A stretch of DNA of 64,000 nt from Camelus ferus (taxonomy: Eukaryota): contig NC_045696.1 in assembly GCF_009834535.1 (NCBI RefSeq), positions 15,502,001-15,566,000 on the forward strand, written 5' to 3'. Position numbers and translations under genes: made by a program. Position 1 is the stretch's first letter. Every line of letters begins with the position of its first letter. Under the pieces are notes generated by a model that was given only the letters and a program-made list of their open reading frames with translations, had not been told where the DNA came from and made no database searches. Below are positions 50,651 to 64,000 of this stretch, one piece after another.

Positions 50651-53600
50651 GGTGGTAGATTTTATGGCGTCAGTATTTCCAACGAAAGGTTAATGTGGAG
50701 GCAGTGGGGTACTTCATGACACCGTTACATTAAGTGTGCAGACTCTGTCCTGTTGACAGAGACCTTGATGCCAGCTTTGTTACTAGTTCCATACAACTCT
50801 CTTCACCATGATTAACTGTATGCTTCTTCTCAAGGAACCACCTGCACTTCTGGACTACGCTCTCCATACTGACAGATGTGACCCAACTTGACCACAAAAT
50901 CTACACCATATAACATCTCTTTGGTCCTACCAATGAGAGCATAAGTTTGTAGAAAGAGAGAAGATAATTAGAGAATGCAAAATATACATGTGTATCAACA
51001 TATCTGCACTAGAAAGAGATGGGCTTAGTTTATGATAATTATCATGTCTGACTGTCCCTTAGATCTATACATAAAATCATCCTTTTCCACCTATAACCTG
51101 GTGCTCATTAAAGTTTTTCATAGTAAATGCACAACCTCCTCAAAATCTTAATTCGGAAAGAGTCAATCTTTGTGTATATTAATTTGCTTTGTCTGCCAGT
51201 ACAGTTTCCCAGCATGATCTCGCCACGCTTTCATGCTAGAATTTAACATATTAAAAACAAGCACCACTTCAGTCCTTTCTGCTTGCAGTCAACAGGTTTG
51301 ATGTCCTGGATCTTTTACTCATTAAATATGTGACCTCGAACAAGTCTCAATTTCTCCAGGTCTCAGTTATTTCTTCAGCAAGGTTAGAGCACTGGATTAT
51401 CTTATCTTTGTGGCCTAAGATCTCTTTCTTTTTTATTAATGTCCCATGTCACCAGATGACAACTTAGAAAGCTCAAAGTCATCTGTAATTAATTATATCC
51501 TGATACTGAACTTCAACTCACAAAGATGCACAAAGAGGCAGATATCACCGTGATGGCCCAGGCAATTTCCTTTAAAACATTCTTTTAATCCAATTTCCCC
51601 CCATTATGCTGTCATTTTAATTGTGTACTAGGAAAGAAATATCGGATTTGATTTAAATGACCTTTATTTAGCACAGAATCGCTTGAAGGTTTTCACTTTC
51701 AACTGTATCATTTTTCATGCGGTAAGCCCTATAGCAGGCATGCACTCCCCATAAACGTGTTCATCTGGATTTCATGCTTTTTTGCTGTCTCTCTATAAGT
51801 GGATTTTATGTTTCTTAGTAATATAACCACATCTTTTTTTTATAGCTGTTCCTCATATAGAGTTCCTAGAATTGTAGTCCACACGTAGTAGAAACTCAAT
51901 AAAAGTTTTACTCATTGACAAACACATGGGCTTCCTGCAAAAAGCAATCTAGTCTCAAACATTTACAATACTTATGGCTAAAGGAGTTTTACAGGGAACT
52001 CTGCACCGTTACTGCTACTGAAGCAGACAGATGTATGGTTCCAAAGTTCTTTGGAAGCTTGCAAATTACTTAACCTCTTTGAGTTTCAAGTTCCTCGTTT
52101 GTAAACAAAGATCTACCTTAAAGACGGCTCTACAGTAGAAGAGATTTTATGTCAAGCTTCTAGCACACTAGAGAAGTATTACTTTTAGTATTGATATTAC
52201 TACCTGGAATACGTGGACCGCAACCCCAACCTGACTGTTGGGCACAGCCCAGCTATTTCAGAGGGTTTCTCTGTCATAAGAACTGATCTGAGTTGAATCA
52301 GCCTTCTGAAGTTTCTAGAAGCTAACCAGCACCAAAAAAAGCATAGACAGACTAGAGTTATCCATGCCCTTGAGGGTGATGCATTAGCAGCAAGTAGTAT
52401 GAATGGTGAATTCTACGTTACAGGATAAACCTATTTTTCAAAGCATTTAATTAAGAGTAAAAATAATTTTTATACTGTTAAACTTAACCAATTTCCAATT
52501 TCATAAACAACTTTTTTTAAATTTTACTTTCATTATAATTGGGCTCTTTTGATGGTGTATCCTGAATGACGACTTATATTGTCCAAGTGTTTGAAATAAA
52601 ATTTCCATGTCCCTCCTTTCCTTGGTTCACATTTCAGAATAAATTATAAAATAAACAGCATACACTCTTGATCAAACAGATTAATAACAGAAAATCAGAG
52701 CTTCTAGAAATATCAAATCACAGTCACAAGAAAGAGTGAGCCTGTCGGTGGGTTTTTTTTTTCTAAGTTCACTAGAAATGACCCAAAACACATTTCTCAC
52801 TTTTTGTGAATTTTTTTTACGTAAAGAAAAACAGTGTTATCTCTGTTCATGCACACAAAGAGTATTGTGACTTTTTTTTAAGTTTTTTTTTTAATGATGA
52901 TGTTATTGTAAGGGGAAATGTACAGCAAAAATTTAAACCATGGAAAAAGAAAAGTACTAGAACTTGTTTTTATTTATAATGGATTCTAAAAAGTACTGTT
53001 ATTTCTACAGTGATTGTGATTTTAGAAATATTTTGCTGTCAAAGCATTCTCAGTAACAGTGTGTTAGCTTTCCCTGAAAAAAATAATACAGACTGAGACC
53101 TCTAGTGGAGGGAAGTGGGAACTGTCTCACTGATTGCTTGTTTTAACCTCAGGCTGTAACAAATTCTTCCCTAGAAAATGTAGGGGTTTTCCGTAACTTT
53201 TAAAACCTGCATATTCCCCTCTTGAGCAGTTAGTAACTTTTTATTTTCTCTTTAGATTAAATACTTAGCAATGAAAATAAATATATATAAAATTTGAAAC
53301 ACCGGTTGTTTTGACTGTAAGTAGTTTAGGGAATATACGTACAGTTTGAAAACTAAAACATGTTGGGATGGAGAGCTCTTTTATTCCCTAGTGAAATGAC
53401 TCACTGTGATTTTGTGCCCTGGGGAGAAATGCACACTGGGAGTCTGGAATCCTGTAACTACGATGATGCAGAGACTAAAAATACTTGACATTTATACGTT
53501 GTTTGACATCCTGAGACATGAAAGCAGTGTTGAAGTGCTGTGTCACTATCCCAGCCACAAACAAAATGATAAACACAGCAGTGTACTGCTTGAAACATGA

Positions 53601-54993
53601 GACCAATTTGAAAAGAAGGGCTAAAGGCAGGTTACAAAAAATACTAATAACAAGACAATGAATGGAACCTAGAGGTCTACAGAGATTTAAGGTCTGCAGC
53701 TGTACGTGAATTCTCTGCAGAAAGACTTTAGATCATACATTTTTCCATGTACTTTAATTTATGGTTTTATTTATTTGTATTGTAGAACAAAAACCAGATT
53801 GAGTCTGTAAAGAGGATCCCTAAGGTATCATTTATAGATAACTCTGCTTGGAGATTGTCCAAGAGGACATGGACTATTCAGCTTGGTAAACACTGTGTTC
53901 AAATGGAACAGCTCTGAATTCACGTGGGGAAGAAAATGCTCGAAAGATAAGGTTTTGACATGAACATTAAAATACCAGAAATTCAAAATGAGAAAAATTT
54001 GTTCCCAAAGACACACATAAACACTGTCAAAAACACTTAACTAACACAGATACATTTCCCTACAAACTCAAGATAAAGGGCAGAAATATACAGGATTGAT
54101 CTTATGGGATCACAGCATGTTTTATTCATTCTTTTACAATATTTACCAAGGATACCTTGGACTTATTTTTGAGGGATAAGCAAGGCAGACAAGCAAGTGA
54201 GTTCCTCCACACATAGGGTCTCCTTTGGGAAGTCAGCTTCAGACAAAATTACTGAGCAATAAAGTGGAGTATAGCTTTGTTACCAACACCTTAAGGGTTA
54301 CAGATACAATGGGCATTTCAGTGAACAGATAAAACGGATACGGGGAAGAACTGAAAGTAACATAGACTGAGATGCTTGAGAAAGACTTTGCAGAAGAAAA
54401 GGAATTTGAACTATGCCCTGAACTCTGGGTGGGACTGGGATAGGCTTAGAAAGGCATTCCTAGAGGTATGGCAGGAACTGAAGCAAGATCTTGGAGGTAG
54501 AAATGAGTTTAGGACAGGAGTTTCTTTTAGGGAAATCATGAAAAGAGAAGGTTGAAAGTAGCTCCTTAAACCGTTTTGGAGTTGGGGTAGAATGGAGATA
54601 ATTACTGTAAGTACTAGGGATGGCCTGGAACCTGATGGACACCAGGGATCCTGGGGACATCAGGAAGGGAGTCAACCTTAACTTGAGGCTTCAGAGGCTG
54701 CATATCAGTATTCGCTGAACACTAATGTTTATCCGAGAGCTATAAGGTGGTATTGATAGGATGTTAAAAAAAAAAACCTTGACTCAAGTTTTGAGGAAAG
54801 TGTAGTTCAATTGTCAAGACAAAATGTAGGCTCAAAAATATTTGGAAACACCTACAAAATACTTAGGAGTAATACGAAACCTGATTAAAGGCTAAAATAA
54901 ATTAGAGGTTAAGAAATGATGAACCAAGGAAGTTGGAGATTTTAAGTTTTTTAGAAATCCATCTTTTTTTTTTTTTTTAAGGAAGTGCATTGT

Positions 54994-55476
54994 TATGACG
55001 GTTGGTTTTGTGTGTCAACTTGGCTAGGCCACAGAACTCAGATATTTGGTTAAACACACTTGGATGTTGCTGTGAAGGTATTTGTTAAATGAGATTAACC
55101 TTTGAATCAGTAGACTTTGAGCAAAGCTGTTTACTTTTCATCATGTAAGTGGGACTAATCCAATCAGTTGAAGGCCTTGGGAAAAGACTGACATTCCACA
55201 AGGAAGAGGAAAAGACTGACATTCTCCAAGAAAGAGGAAAATCTGCCTACAGATGGCCTTCAGACTCGAACTACAGCATCAACCCTTCCCTGGGTCTCCA
55301 GCCTGCTGGTCTACCCTGCAGATTTTTGAAGTGCCAGCCTCCATGATCACATGAGCCAATTCCTTAAAATAAATATCTATTTCTGTATTTCTGTCTCTCT
55401 GTCTCTCTAATATATACACAACACACACACACACATCCTATTGGTTCTGTTTCTTTGAAGAACCCTGATGAATACA
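54994..55476 (+). mobile_element. ERVL solo LTR (MLT2B-like)
   Basis: 'tatgacggttggttttgtgtgtcaacttggctaggcc' ... 'cctattggttctgtttctttgaagaaccctgatgaataca'. TSD-like flanks attgt (54989-54993) / attat (55477-55481). Confidence 0.85.
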
Positions 55477-55869
55477 ATTATGAACCGGGTTGTTAGAGAG
55501 AATGTTGTGATAGGGAAAGCAGCAAACAGATCCCTGCACGTGCAGAATTTCATCACATGTTCAGATGTGTTTGGTTGGGCTGTTTTTTGTTTCGTCTTTT
55601 TTCCCTTGGAATGGAAAATTTCTTTCAAAACACGATCAGAAATAAAGTTAATTAGAGGTGGAAACCAGTGAGAAAAATAGTCTTCAACTCTAATACAGGT
55701 ACTACCGATGGACTGGTTTAGGATCAAACAATTCATGCTAGGCATTATCATAACATGGATGAAATGTAACCATTAGGAAAAAAAAAAGATTACATCATTT
55801 TCTGCGTCACCAAATAATATTCTCACTAGCAGGCCATTCCTCCTTCAGAATACCTCTTTTCCAGTATGA

Positions 55870-56450
55870 TTGTTTCCTCAAGAAACTAAACACAGAATTG
55901 TCATGTATTCCAACAATTCTACTTCCTGGTATATACCCTAAAGAATGGAAAGCAAGAACTCGAATAGATACTTGTACACTAATATTCATATCAATATTAT
56001 TCACAAGAGCCAAAAAGTAGAAATAACCCAAATGTCCACCAATGGATGAGTGAATAAACAAAATGTGGTGTATACATATAATAGAATATTATTCAAGCAG
56101 CAAAAGGAATGAAATTCTGATATACACTACAACGTGGATGAACTTTAAAGACCTTATGTGGGTGAAGTAAGCTAGATACAAGAGGTCAAATATTATATGA
56201 TTCCACTTATGTGAGGTCCTCCGAGTAGAAAAATTCATAGAGATAGGAAGCAGAGTGATTTTCCTAAGGACCGGGAGAAGGAGGCCATGAGGAGTTACTG
56301 CTTATTGGATACAGAGTTTCTGTTTGAGATGATAAAGTTCTGGAGATGGATGGTCGTGCAATAATGTGAAATGTACTTAACGTCACTGAACTATATACTT
56401 AAAATGATTAAAATTGTCAATTTGGTGTCACATATTTTACTGCAATGAAA
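55870..56450 (+). mobile_element. L1MB-type LINE 3' end
   Basis: 'caattctacttcctggtatataccc...aaatgtccaccaatggatgagtgaataaacaaaatgtgg...gttctggagatggatgg...cactgaactatatacttaaaatg'. Confidence 0.85.
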
Positions 56451-57029
56451 TAGTTCCTCTTTTCTGGGCAGCCAAGTGAGCTTGCAAAGGGGGTTGAGGA
56501 AAATGAGTAGCTATCAGAGTTTGGCAAAGATATCCTGAATTTAGGAAGAAAAAGATGATTAGACCAGGGATAATGTTGGAAGGAGATAAAGAAATCTGCT
56601 GAATGAGAACTTTGAGGGTCTCAAGACAATGATGGCGTCTGTATGCTGAGCCAGTAAGAACTGGATGAGCCACAGTACACACTGTAGGGAGCAGCATAAG
56701 TCCCTCCGAGGATACACCCCCACACAAAGACACACACAAGAACTTTCCACCAAGTATTTATTCATGAATAATAGTCGTGATTGCAAACAATCCTTCTGAA
56801 TTTATTCTTGAAATGGCCGTATGATTACAGTCAAAAAACATTTATTAAATTCCAACTGGACAGAGAAGAATATAGGCCTAGGGGTTTCCCATTTGTCACC
56901 ATTTCTCAATTCATATGGGTCAACTTAATATATTATAGTCATTTCTGCATACTTCTTTACTAGAGAAGTTTTAATTCATTAGAAATATTCAAAATGCAAA
57001 TTTTCCAAAACACGTGGTACAGCAAGACA

Positions 57030-57550
57030 TGTTGGTTGTCTATTGCTACAAACCGATCATCTAAACGTGGAGTAACTTAAATCCACCATCATTTACTTAG
57101 CTCACAAGTCTGCAGTTTGAGCATATCTTCATAGGACAGGCTTCTCTCTGTCTATGAGGCATCAGCTAATACTCAGAACCCGAAGAGACACTTCCCAGAT
57201 GACTTACCCGGGGGCCTGGGAGCTTGAATGCTGGCTATCAGCTGGGAACTCATCTGAGGCCGTGGGTTATTCCTCCTCACATGGGCCTCTCTAGCGGGCC
57301 GCTCTCTAAGCTCCTTGGGTTTCCACACAACATGGTAGTCAGATTTCAAGAGCAATAGTTCCAAGAGAATGCCTCATATGACATAGCCTTGGAAGTCACA
57401 GTCATGGGTTCATCTAGATCAGATTCAAAGGAAAGGAAGGGTCACAGACTCCCCACCTCTCACTGGGACAGCTGTCAACATTACACTGTGAGCAGAGTAT
57501 GTGAAATAGGAGAGATCGTTACCGTCATTTGGGAAGATACAATCTACTAC
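57030..57550 (-). mobile_element. MaLR LTR (MLT1-type)
   Basis: 'gtctattgct...tttacttagctcacaagtctgcagtttg...gctggctatcagctggga...acatgggcctctc...agccttggaagtcaca'. Confidence 0.7.
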
Positions 57551-60500
57551 CCTAGAAGTTATACAGGAGAAATACAGCTAAGTACAAATTTTAAAAGTTA
57601 AGTTTATTTAAATTTAAAATGAATATGATACTTAAATACATGGGGTCTGCTAAAAATGATATTCTGATATTAAGTTTACTTTTGGTACTGTATCAACTTA
57701 CCAGTCTCTTCTATTCCACCCACTCCCCCCAGGGTCTTGAATTCTCTAAGTGTCAATTCTAGAAGCTTTGTCACCTCTGCCCCTAACGGTGGCCTACTGA
57801 CAATCCTTCATCTTTGTCTCTCTGATACTTATCTTGAACTTATCAAATAATTGCTATAGTAAATTAAAATATTTTATAAAAACTGATGAAGAGCTTGATA
57901 TATATATATATTAAAGGATGAGTTTTAAAAGAAGATAAAATTATGATTCCCATACAAATATAAAATGAATATGTGTCAAGGATTTTATTTACCCCATAGA
58001 TTAACGAGGGAACCAATGAGATGTAATAACAGATTCAAAGAACTCAAAGTATTACACATCTATGATAAAAATGTTGAAATAAATTTACAAATGGGTGTAA
58101 TTAGCAAAACTGCTTAATAGCCTCAGGGTTATCAATTGCACTCCAAGGAACACAATTTGCATTTTGCATGGACAGAACTATTTCCATTTCTATCAGTTTC
58201 TACAAGTTAGCTTTTAATCTCTACAGAGTTGGAAAGGAACATAATCAAAGATGAGAACACACACTCCTGCAGGATTACATAATCTCCAAAGGCTCTTGCA
58301 TTTCATTGAAAGGGTATTCATTAATCTCTTCCCCAAGTCTTAAAGTATCATCATGATTGACTTAACCAGTCAGGGCCCATTGGCTTTCTAATAGTTTAGT
58401 GGTTAAAATAGTAAGACTATAAAGTCAGATAGAAAGAGTAGAAGGAGCAGCAACAAAGTGTAAATTGAATGTGTAAATTGGCTGATGGATTATTTCTAGA
58501 AACTTTTCATCTCAACTTCCTTACTCTTATGTAGGTTGGCTTGCCTGACATGTACATTATTTCCCACCAAGACCCTACTCTAGAAAATGCATGCCCACTA
58601 TAGCACAGTCCAATGTGTACAATGAGAAGAGAATTCCAACAGACGAACTTCCAGCAGGTTATCAGTCCTTGTAGGTGACCATTTTCTGTCCATGCCCAGA
58701 AACAAACAGGAGACCATTGTGGAACTCCCAACTCAGCTGTTCGGGACTTAAGATGAACTTCTCTGCCAAAGCCAAGTCCTACATAAACAGGACTTCTGGG
58801 TGGTCATCCTGGCAGCATGAAGTATGAGTCATTGAAGTGCAGAGTATTAGAGATGACAGAGGCACAAATGACCCCTACAAGGTTCAAATTAGAGGGAAAC
58901 CAGGAGCAGTAACGTATTCAAAGAGAAACTGAAGCTGAATGTTATTTTGTCCAAAGTCAAACTACTCTCTCAGCAGGGAACACAGCCCATCAGCAAACAT
59001 CTTTTCATTTGATTGGGCTTGACACCAAACCAGATTTCCTCGTGTAAATCTCTGTCATGCTCAGACTCCATGGCCGGAATTAACATGCAGCGTGTGTCTT
59101 ATTTATTCCTGACTCTTTCACTGGGAATGAAAATATTTGGATTACATTGCCCATGACAGTGAGAGTTCTGGTGGTGAAAACATGATCACATTCAGTCGCC
59201 AAGCTCATCAGATACGTGCAGCGTTGGTGGTATCGTGGTGAGCATAGCTGCCTTCCTTCCAAGCTCAACAGATACAATTTTGCATGCCACGCATAAAAAT
59301 TTGCATTTGTTTTCTTCATATGATTCTTTTAAAATAAGTTCTTCTTATCCTCATAAAAAGACCTAAGATCATTAAAACAGGTGCTAGCATGCATATAATA
59401 GAAAATGAAACTGAGGCAAGGCAGATTTAAATTTATTTTTCTTATCATACTGCATTGTGGTGATGAATACTTGGGCAAAAATCACATGTGCACATCACAG
59501 GGACCAGAAATAAACATTTAGACCTCAAACCTTGCTCAAAATTTATATGAACATTAAGTGACAAGTTTAGAGCACAGCTGGGGAGAAGAGACAGTGTCAT
59601 CCAGATGTTTTCAACACACATTTCAAGCTCTTGCATTTCAAGCTCTTGTTTATTTGGGTCTAGTTTGGGTTTTTATGGTGTGTAGTTTGGGAGTTTCAGT
59701 GGGAGTGGCTTCGACCTTGGACATAAAGATAAGTGAAGATGAAAGACAATTTCTACAGCATAAAATAGCAATGAATTTGTTGACTCCCCACCATTCTGCC
59801 TTTTAAAGAGCCTATAAAATGGAAGCATAGTCTGTGAATATCTGAAGCATGCATGTGAAGAGTGAAGGAAATACTTTTATGTTGAATGTTTGTCACAGAA
59901 AATTCCTTATGACCTTTAAGCAAAACACCGTTTAGTATAACTTAGTATAAAAGAACTCAGTATGACTTCGTATAAAAACAACTACTAAATCTAATGAGTA
60001 TTTCTTGTTGACCTATATCAAATTTTGTCATCATAGGATGCATGGAGAGAAATAATTGAGTCTTTGTTATTCACCCACCACATCGTTGTGTGAGCAACGC
60101 ACAAGAAGCTTTCAGCACCTTGGTGATTGACTAAGTCAAAGAAATGTGGCTACTTCTATATGTATTTTTAACTTCAGTTTAGAAAAATCAGAGTGTTTAA
60201 AAGTAAGTTTTTTTCCAAATTAAAAGAAGCAAATTAAATATCTAATACTCAGCAAAAAAAAAAAAAATTGTGATTACAAAGTTGTTTTTTGTTTGTTTGT
60301 TTCTCTTTTGACTAAGTGGACCACATCTTCAGTGGCCGCAGTTGAAACGGCACTGTCCTTACAACAAAACTAACGACCAATAAACTTCAGGCATTTTTTT
60401 TCAGCACTTAAAAAAAAAACTATTGTAATTTTCCTCTCTGTCAAAATCTGGAGATTAATGAATCTTCATAAATAGATTTGGACAGGAAAGGCCCATCAAG

Positions 60501-63269
60501 AGAGCATCGCTTAGGTAAGTTCAAGAAAGCCTTGTTTCTGATGCAGATGATGGATTTTTCCATCCCTTCTGGCTGCCTCAAAATTGAATATTGAAAAAAA
60601 ATGAGAAAGAAGTTTCTAGACAAAGATGGAGTTTTAACCAATTCCGCATTGGTTGTGCAAAGCAAGAATATTGTCTGCTACCAGATCAGGACTTGATTCA
60701 TCCAAATGCATAATAGATCTTTGATGATGAAAGCAAACTCTCAAGACAGTTTGATTTCTTTTTTTCCACAGTGAGCCTCCACCGTAAATTTCCAACTGAA
60801 ATACTTAATTTGGCAAGGGGGCAGTAGCATAAAAATGCATTTTGTTCGTGAATTATATTTTTCCCCATTCTTCATGACATTTCGGCATGCCAAATATAAA
60901 TGGCCACACATGTATTAAGTAACAAAGGTGTCTTTCCTTTCCAGTAGCACACATTTTATTAATAAGGCTTTTGTCCCAATAGTCAGAGTAAAGAAGAAAA
61001 AACAATTTATTTAACTAGTTTCTGGAAATAAATAGCATAGCCCATCTGAGATGAATTATCTATCTCAAAGTTCCTGTTTCTTTTAGCATTTCGGAAGGTT
61101 ACACGTCAAAAAAATGAAAGTCATTCCATGGAAGAAATAATTTACCTGAGGTTGAAAAGGAGCAAAGGTGTGGCCCTTGACCTGGCAAGGTCTCTAACCA
61201 AGGCTTGGGAGCTCAGTTATTGGGAAGATCCTAGGAGTCCAGTACTGAAATCTAACGGTAGGTGCTAGAGACACTGTGTTGCTCCTAGTCTTCTATTTCA
61301 AGGCGCTTCTGATTTTAAAAGGACTATTGAAAAGATGTTACCATAACATCCATTTACCCTCCCTTTCCAACTGGAGAATAAAGATTTGGTTTTAGAACTG
61401 GAGAAAAAAAAAGTGTTACCCCAGAATGCCCACCATCCCCCAAACTCAATAATGTCACATTTTACCAGTTTACATACATTTTCTGATCTTTCTGGAGGTG
61501 ACTGAACACAGAGATGAGATGCTGAGCCCAGGAGAATTTATTGGTGTGGTATGTTCAAAAATATGATCTCATTTGTTCTCTTTCTGGGCATATAATCTCC
61601 CAAGTTGCTTCCCTCAGGCCAGGAAGGCTGAAAATTCAATTTACACGCGGAGGTGGGCACTCACTGAATATTGTATTAATACCTGTCATTATTCAGTTTG
61701 ATCTCCATGTGTATTTTTAACTTCGGTTTAGATTCTCATATGTGGATTTAATGACAGTCCTAAGGCAGGCAGATTCAGCACAGGTCTGCATCATTCGTTT
61801 TATAGCTGTGCTCTAGGAGGGGTGAGGTACAGCTAGGGCTCTGGTTTCTCCTTCCCTTTCCTTTCTCATCTCTGACCTCTAAGCCTTGGTTTTACAACAC
61901 TCCCAGATATTTCCTCTGGGACTTCAAATTCCAGGTTTGAGGATAGGAGGAGAAACAAGGGTGCAGTTTTTCTCTGTCACTTTATCAAGCATCCCCTAGT
62001 GGGATCACCTTGAACTGGCCTGAAGGAGGTTTGCAAAAACAAAGTTGTCCTACGTAGACATCTACAAATTTCTTCTCCATGCAGAGATATAAACAGATCT
62101 AAAACAGTAAGCTGTGATTTTTCTGTGTAAGTAAACATTCTGGACCTGTTTGGCTCAGAATTTCAAGAGTATTACTACATTGATTTGGCATAAGAGGTGC
62201 AGAGCTTAAACGTAAATGTGTGTGGAGACTGGAGTTTGAGTAGCAAATTATTCTGACAACCTGAACTATGGACAGGTGTGGATGGCTATGGACAATGGAG
62301 TTAAGATAAAGATGCATCGTACTTAGCAATGGTTACTTCTGGTTTATTAATCCTAGCCTAAACTGAATTTACCTCTTGATTTGGATAGATCCCGGAGGAG
62401 GTCCGGTCTCTGTGGGAAGTTGGCATGAGGCTTATAAGGGCTCCCTATGATGAAAAATCACCCAGAGAGAAAAGTTAAAGCATATGAAGTTGGTCCAAGA
62501 AAGTTGTCCCAAGAACTGAAGGGAGAGGGAATTTGAATATGGCAGGCACTCTGTTACTTGTATGTTCCATGGCCAAGTCTTGTGCAATGGTACTGGCACT
62601 CTATAGAGTGGCCCAGACTAGAAATGGAAAGAAAATTTCCAACCAGACCTCTGCAAGGAGAGTACAAAAAAGGATGACATGACCTATGGAACTCAGAGGT
62701 GAGGAGAGGGACGCTCACCACTTCTGATAGGTCTTCACCACACAGACTCCAGAGGAAGACTGTTACCATCAGCTGGACCATGGTTTGGATGCTGTGGGAC
62801 CAATTCTACAGAGAAGCGGCCCAAGGCAATCTTGCCAATGGCAGCAGCAACAAGAAATAATAGGTTATAGTGGTTACATATAGATTATTATTGTATTGTA
62901 ATTGTAGCACTTTTAGAAACATCTAACACCTCGACCCCCGATTACTATGTGAAGCTGAGGAGGAAAGGAGAATGGTCATGCGTGGTCATGCATGTTATAA
63001 ATCAGAGCTGAGTCTGTGAATACGCACAAGACTTCCTCTGGAGACTTGCAGAAATATTTAGGAGGCATGATGAAGGTTCTTGTAAGTCTGGATTAGAATG
63101 TGGGGGAGAAGTCAGAGAAAAACTCAGGGAGACTTAATCGTGACTCATATTTTTGTTCTAAAACCTGTGTGGTCTGAGGAAACACATGTTATATCCATAA
63201 AGAGCTGCCTACTGTTGGTCAGAGGCCTAAGTGGCAAATATTATGAGCTGGTTCATTTAACTCTTATTT

Positions 63270-63720
63270 CTAATCCATTCATTCCTGTTTACCAAATTTT
63301 AAGATAAAGTTCTCATTTTTGCTTGCTGTTAGGGGGTGACCTTGTGAAACAGTTTTGGTCTACGTGACACAGAATTCTTCTAAAGTGAGAACTAAAAAAT
63401 TGTATGAGAATTAAAAAATTGTATGTAGGTGCTTTATACTTGCTCTCATCTTTCTGTCTGGAACGAGGATGTGATGGCCGGCATTGACAAAGTTATTTTG
63501 TGCCCATGAGGTCAAATGTGGTACAAGACAATTGAAGGAGCCTGGTTCCTCAGTGGCATGGTTGACACTTACAAAAGCACTGGACTCTCAGTTCCTGGAC
63601 TTTTGGGCATATGAGAAAATCTTTTACTTATTTAAGCCACCCACTATTTGGTGTTTTTTTATTTTATTTTATTTTTTGGTCCATTTGTAGACTACTGGAT
63701 TCTAAATGCATATGTCTGGA
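63270..63720 (+). mobile_element. Probable MaLR LTR (MLT1-type), degraded
   Basis: 'gaaggagcctggttcct...ctggacttt...tgagaaaa...tttaagccac' resembles MLT1 in sense orientation. Confidence 0.5.
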
Positions 63721-64000
63721 ACATATTCTACTATTCTAAATAAGCTATGTCCTCTTCCTTAGCTGATATAAACCTAAATCTTCTGTTTTTCAATTGGTCA
63801 CAGAATGACCTAAAAAAAAGAGCACCCAGTATTTGTTCAATCACCCCGTGGCACAGGACAAAGATGAAATACTCATTATTACTTGGGATCTCTGGAAGAG
63901 GACATGTTAATTTGAAAGACAGAACACCGTATTTGCATGTATTGCCTTTTATTATTTTTTCTTTTTATAGCAGAGCAATAGACATGGGGATAAAAATATT

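Noticed and set aside
53095..53112. Weak CTCF-like motif (minus strand CCACTAGAGGTC)
   Set aside because: Mismatch in the core 3' GGC; insufficient without a PWM score or ChIP data.
59619..63423. Small tandem duplications (15-mer at 59619-59648, 19-mer at 63386-63423; also a 17-mer in the MLT2 LTR near 55180)
   Set aside because: Ordinary slippage duplications in intergenic or repeat DNA. Only two copies each and no spacer array, so not CRISPR-like.

Overview
This is mammalian genomic DNA, probably camelid (inferred from a Vic-1-like tRNA-derived SINE). It holds one complete, intact protein-coding gene, ADAMTS1, on the + strand. The gene has 9 coding exons from 30972 to 38103, all introns are GT-AG, and the 2892-nt CDS encodes 963 aa. 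It has a TATA-containing CpG-island promoter (inferred TSS ~30506) and a ~1.3 kb 3' UTR ending near 39420. The flanks are gene-poor and AT-rich, with many interspersed repeats (L1, L2, MIR, MaLR/ERVL LTRs, MER58, a mariner remnant). I see no previously undescribed multi-gene system. The most distinctive structure is a nested insertion ~8 kb upstream of the TSS: a solo LTR inside a tRNA-derived SINE, with both target-site duplications still readable. Other candidates are a canonical steroid-receptor palindrome, two co-oriented CTCF-like motifs, an AUG-free 5' UTR open in frame with the CDS, and a tandem duplication in the 3' UTR. Repeat family names and comparisons to human/mouse come from my recall of those sequences, not from database searches.
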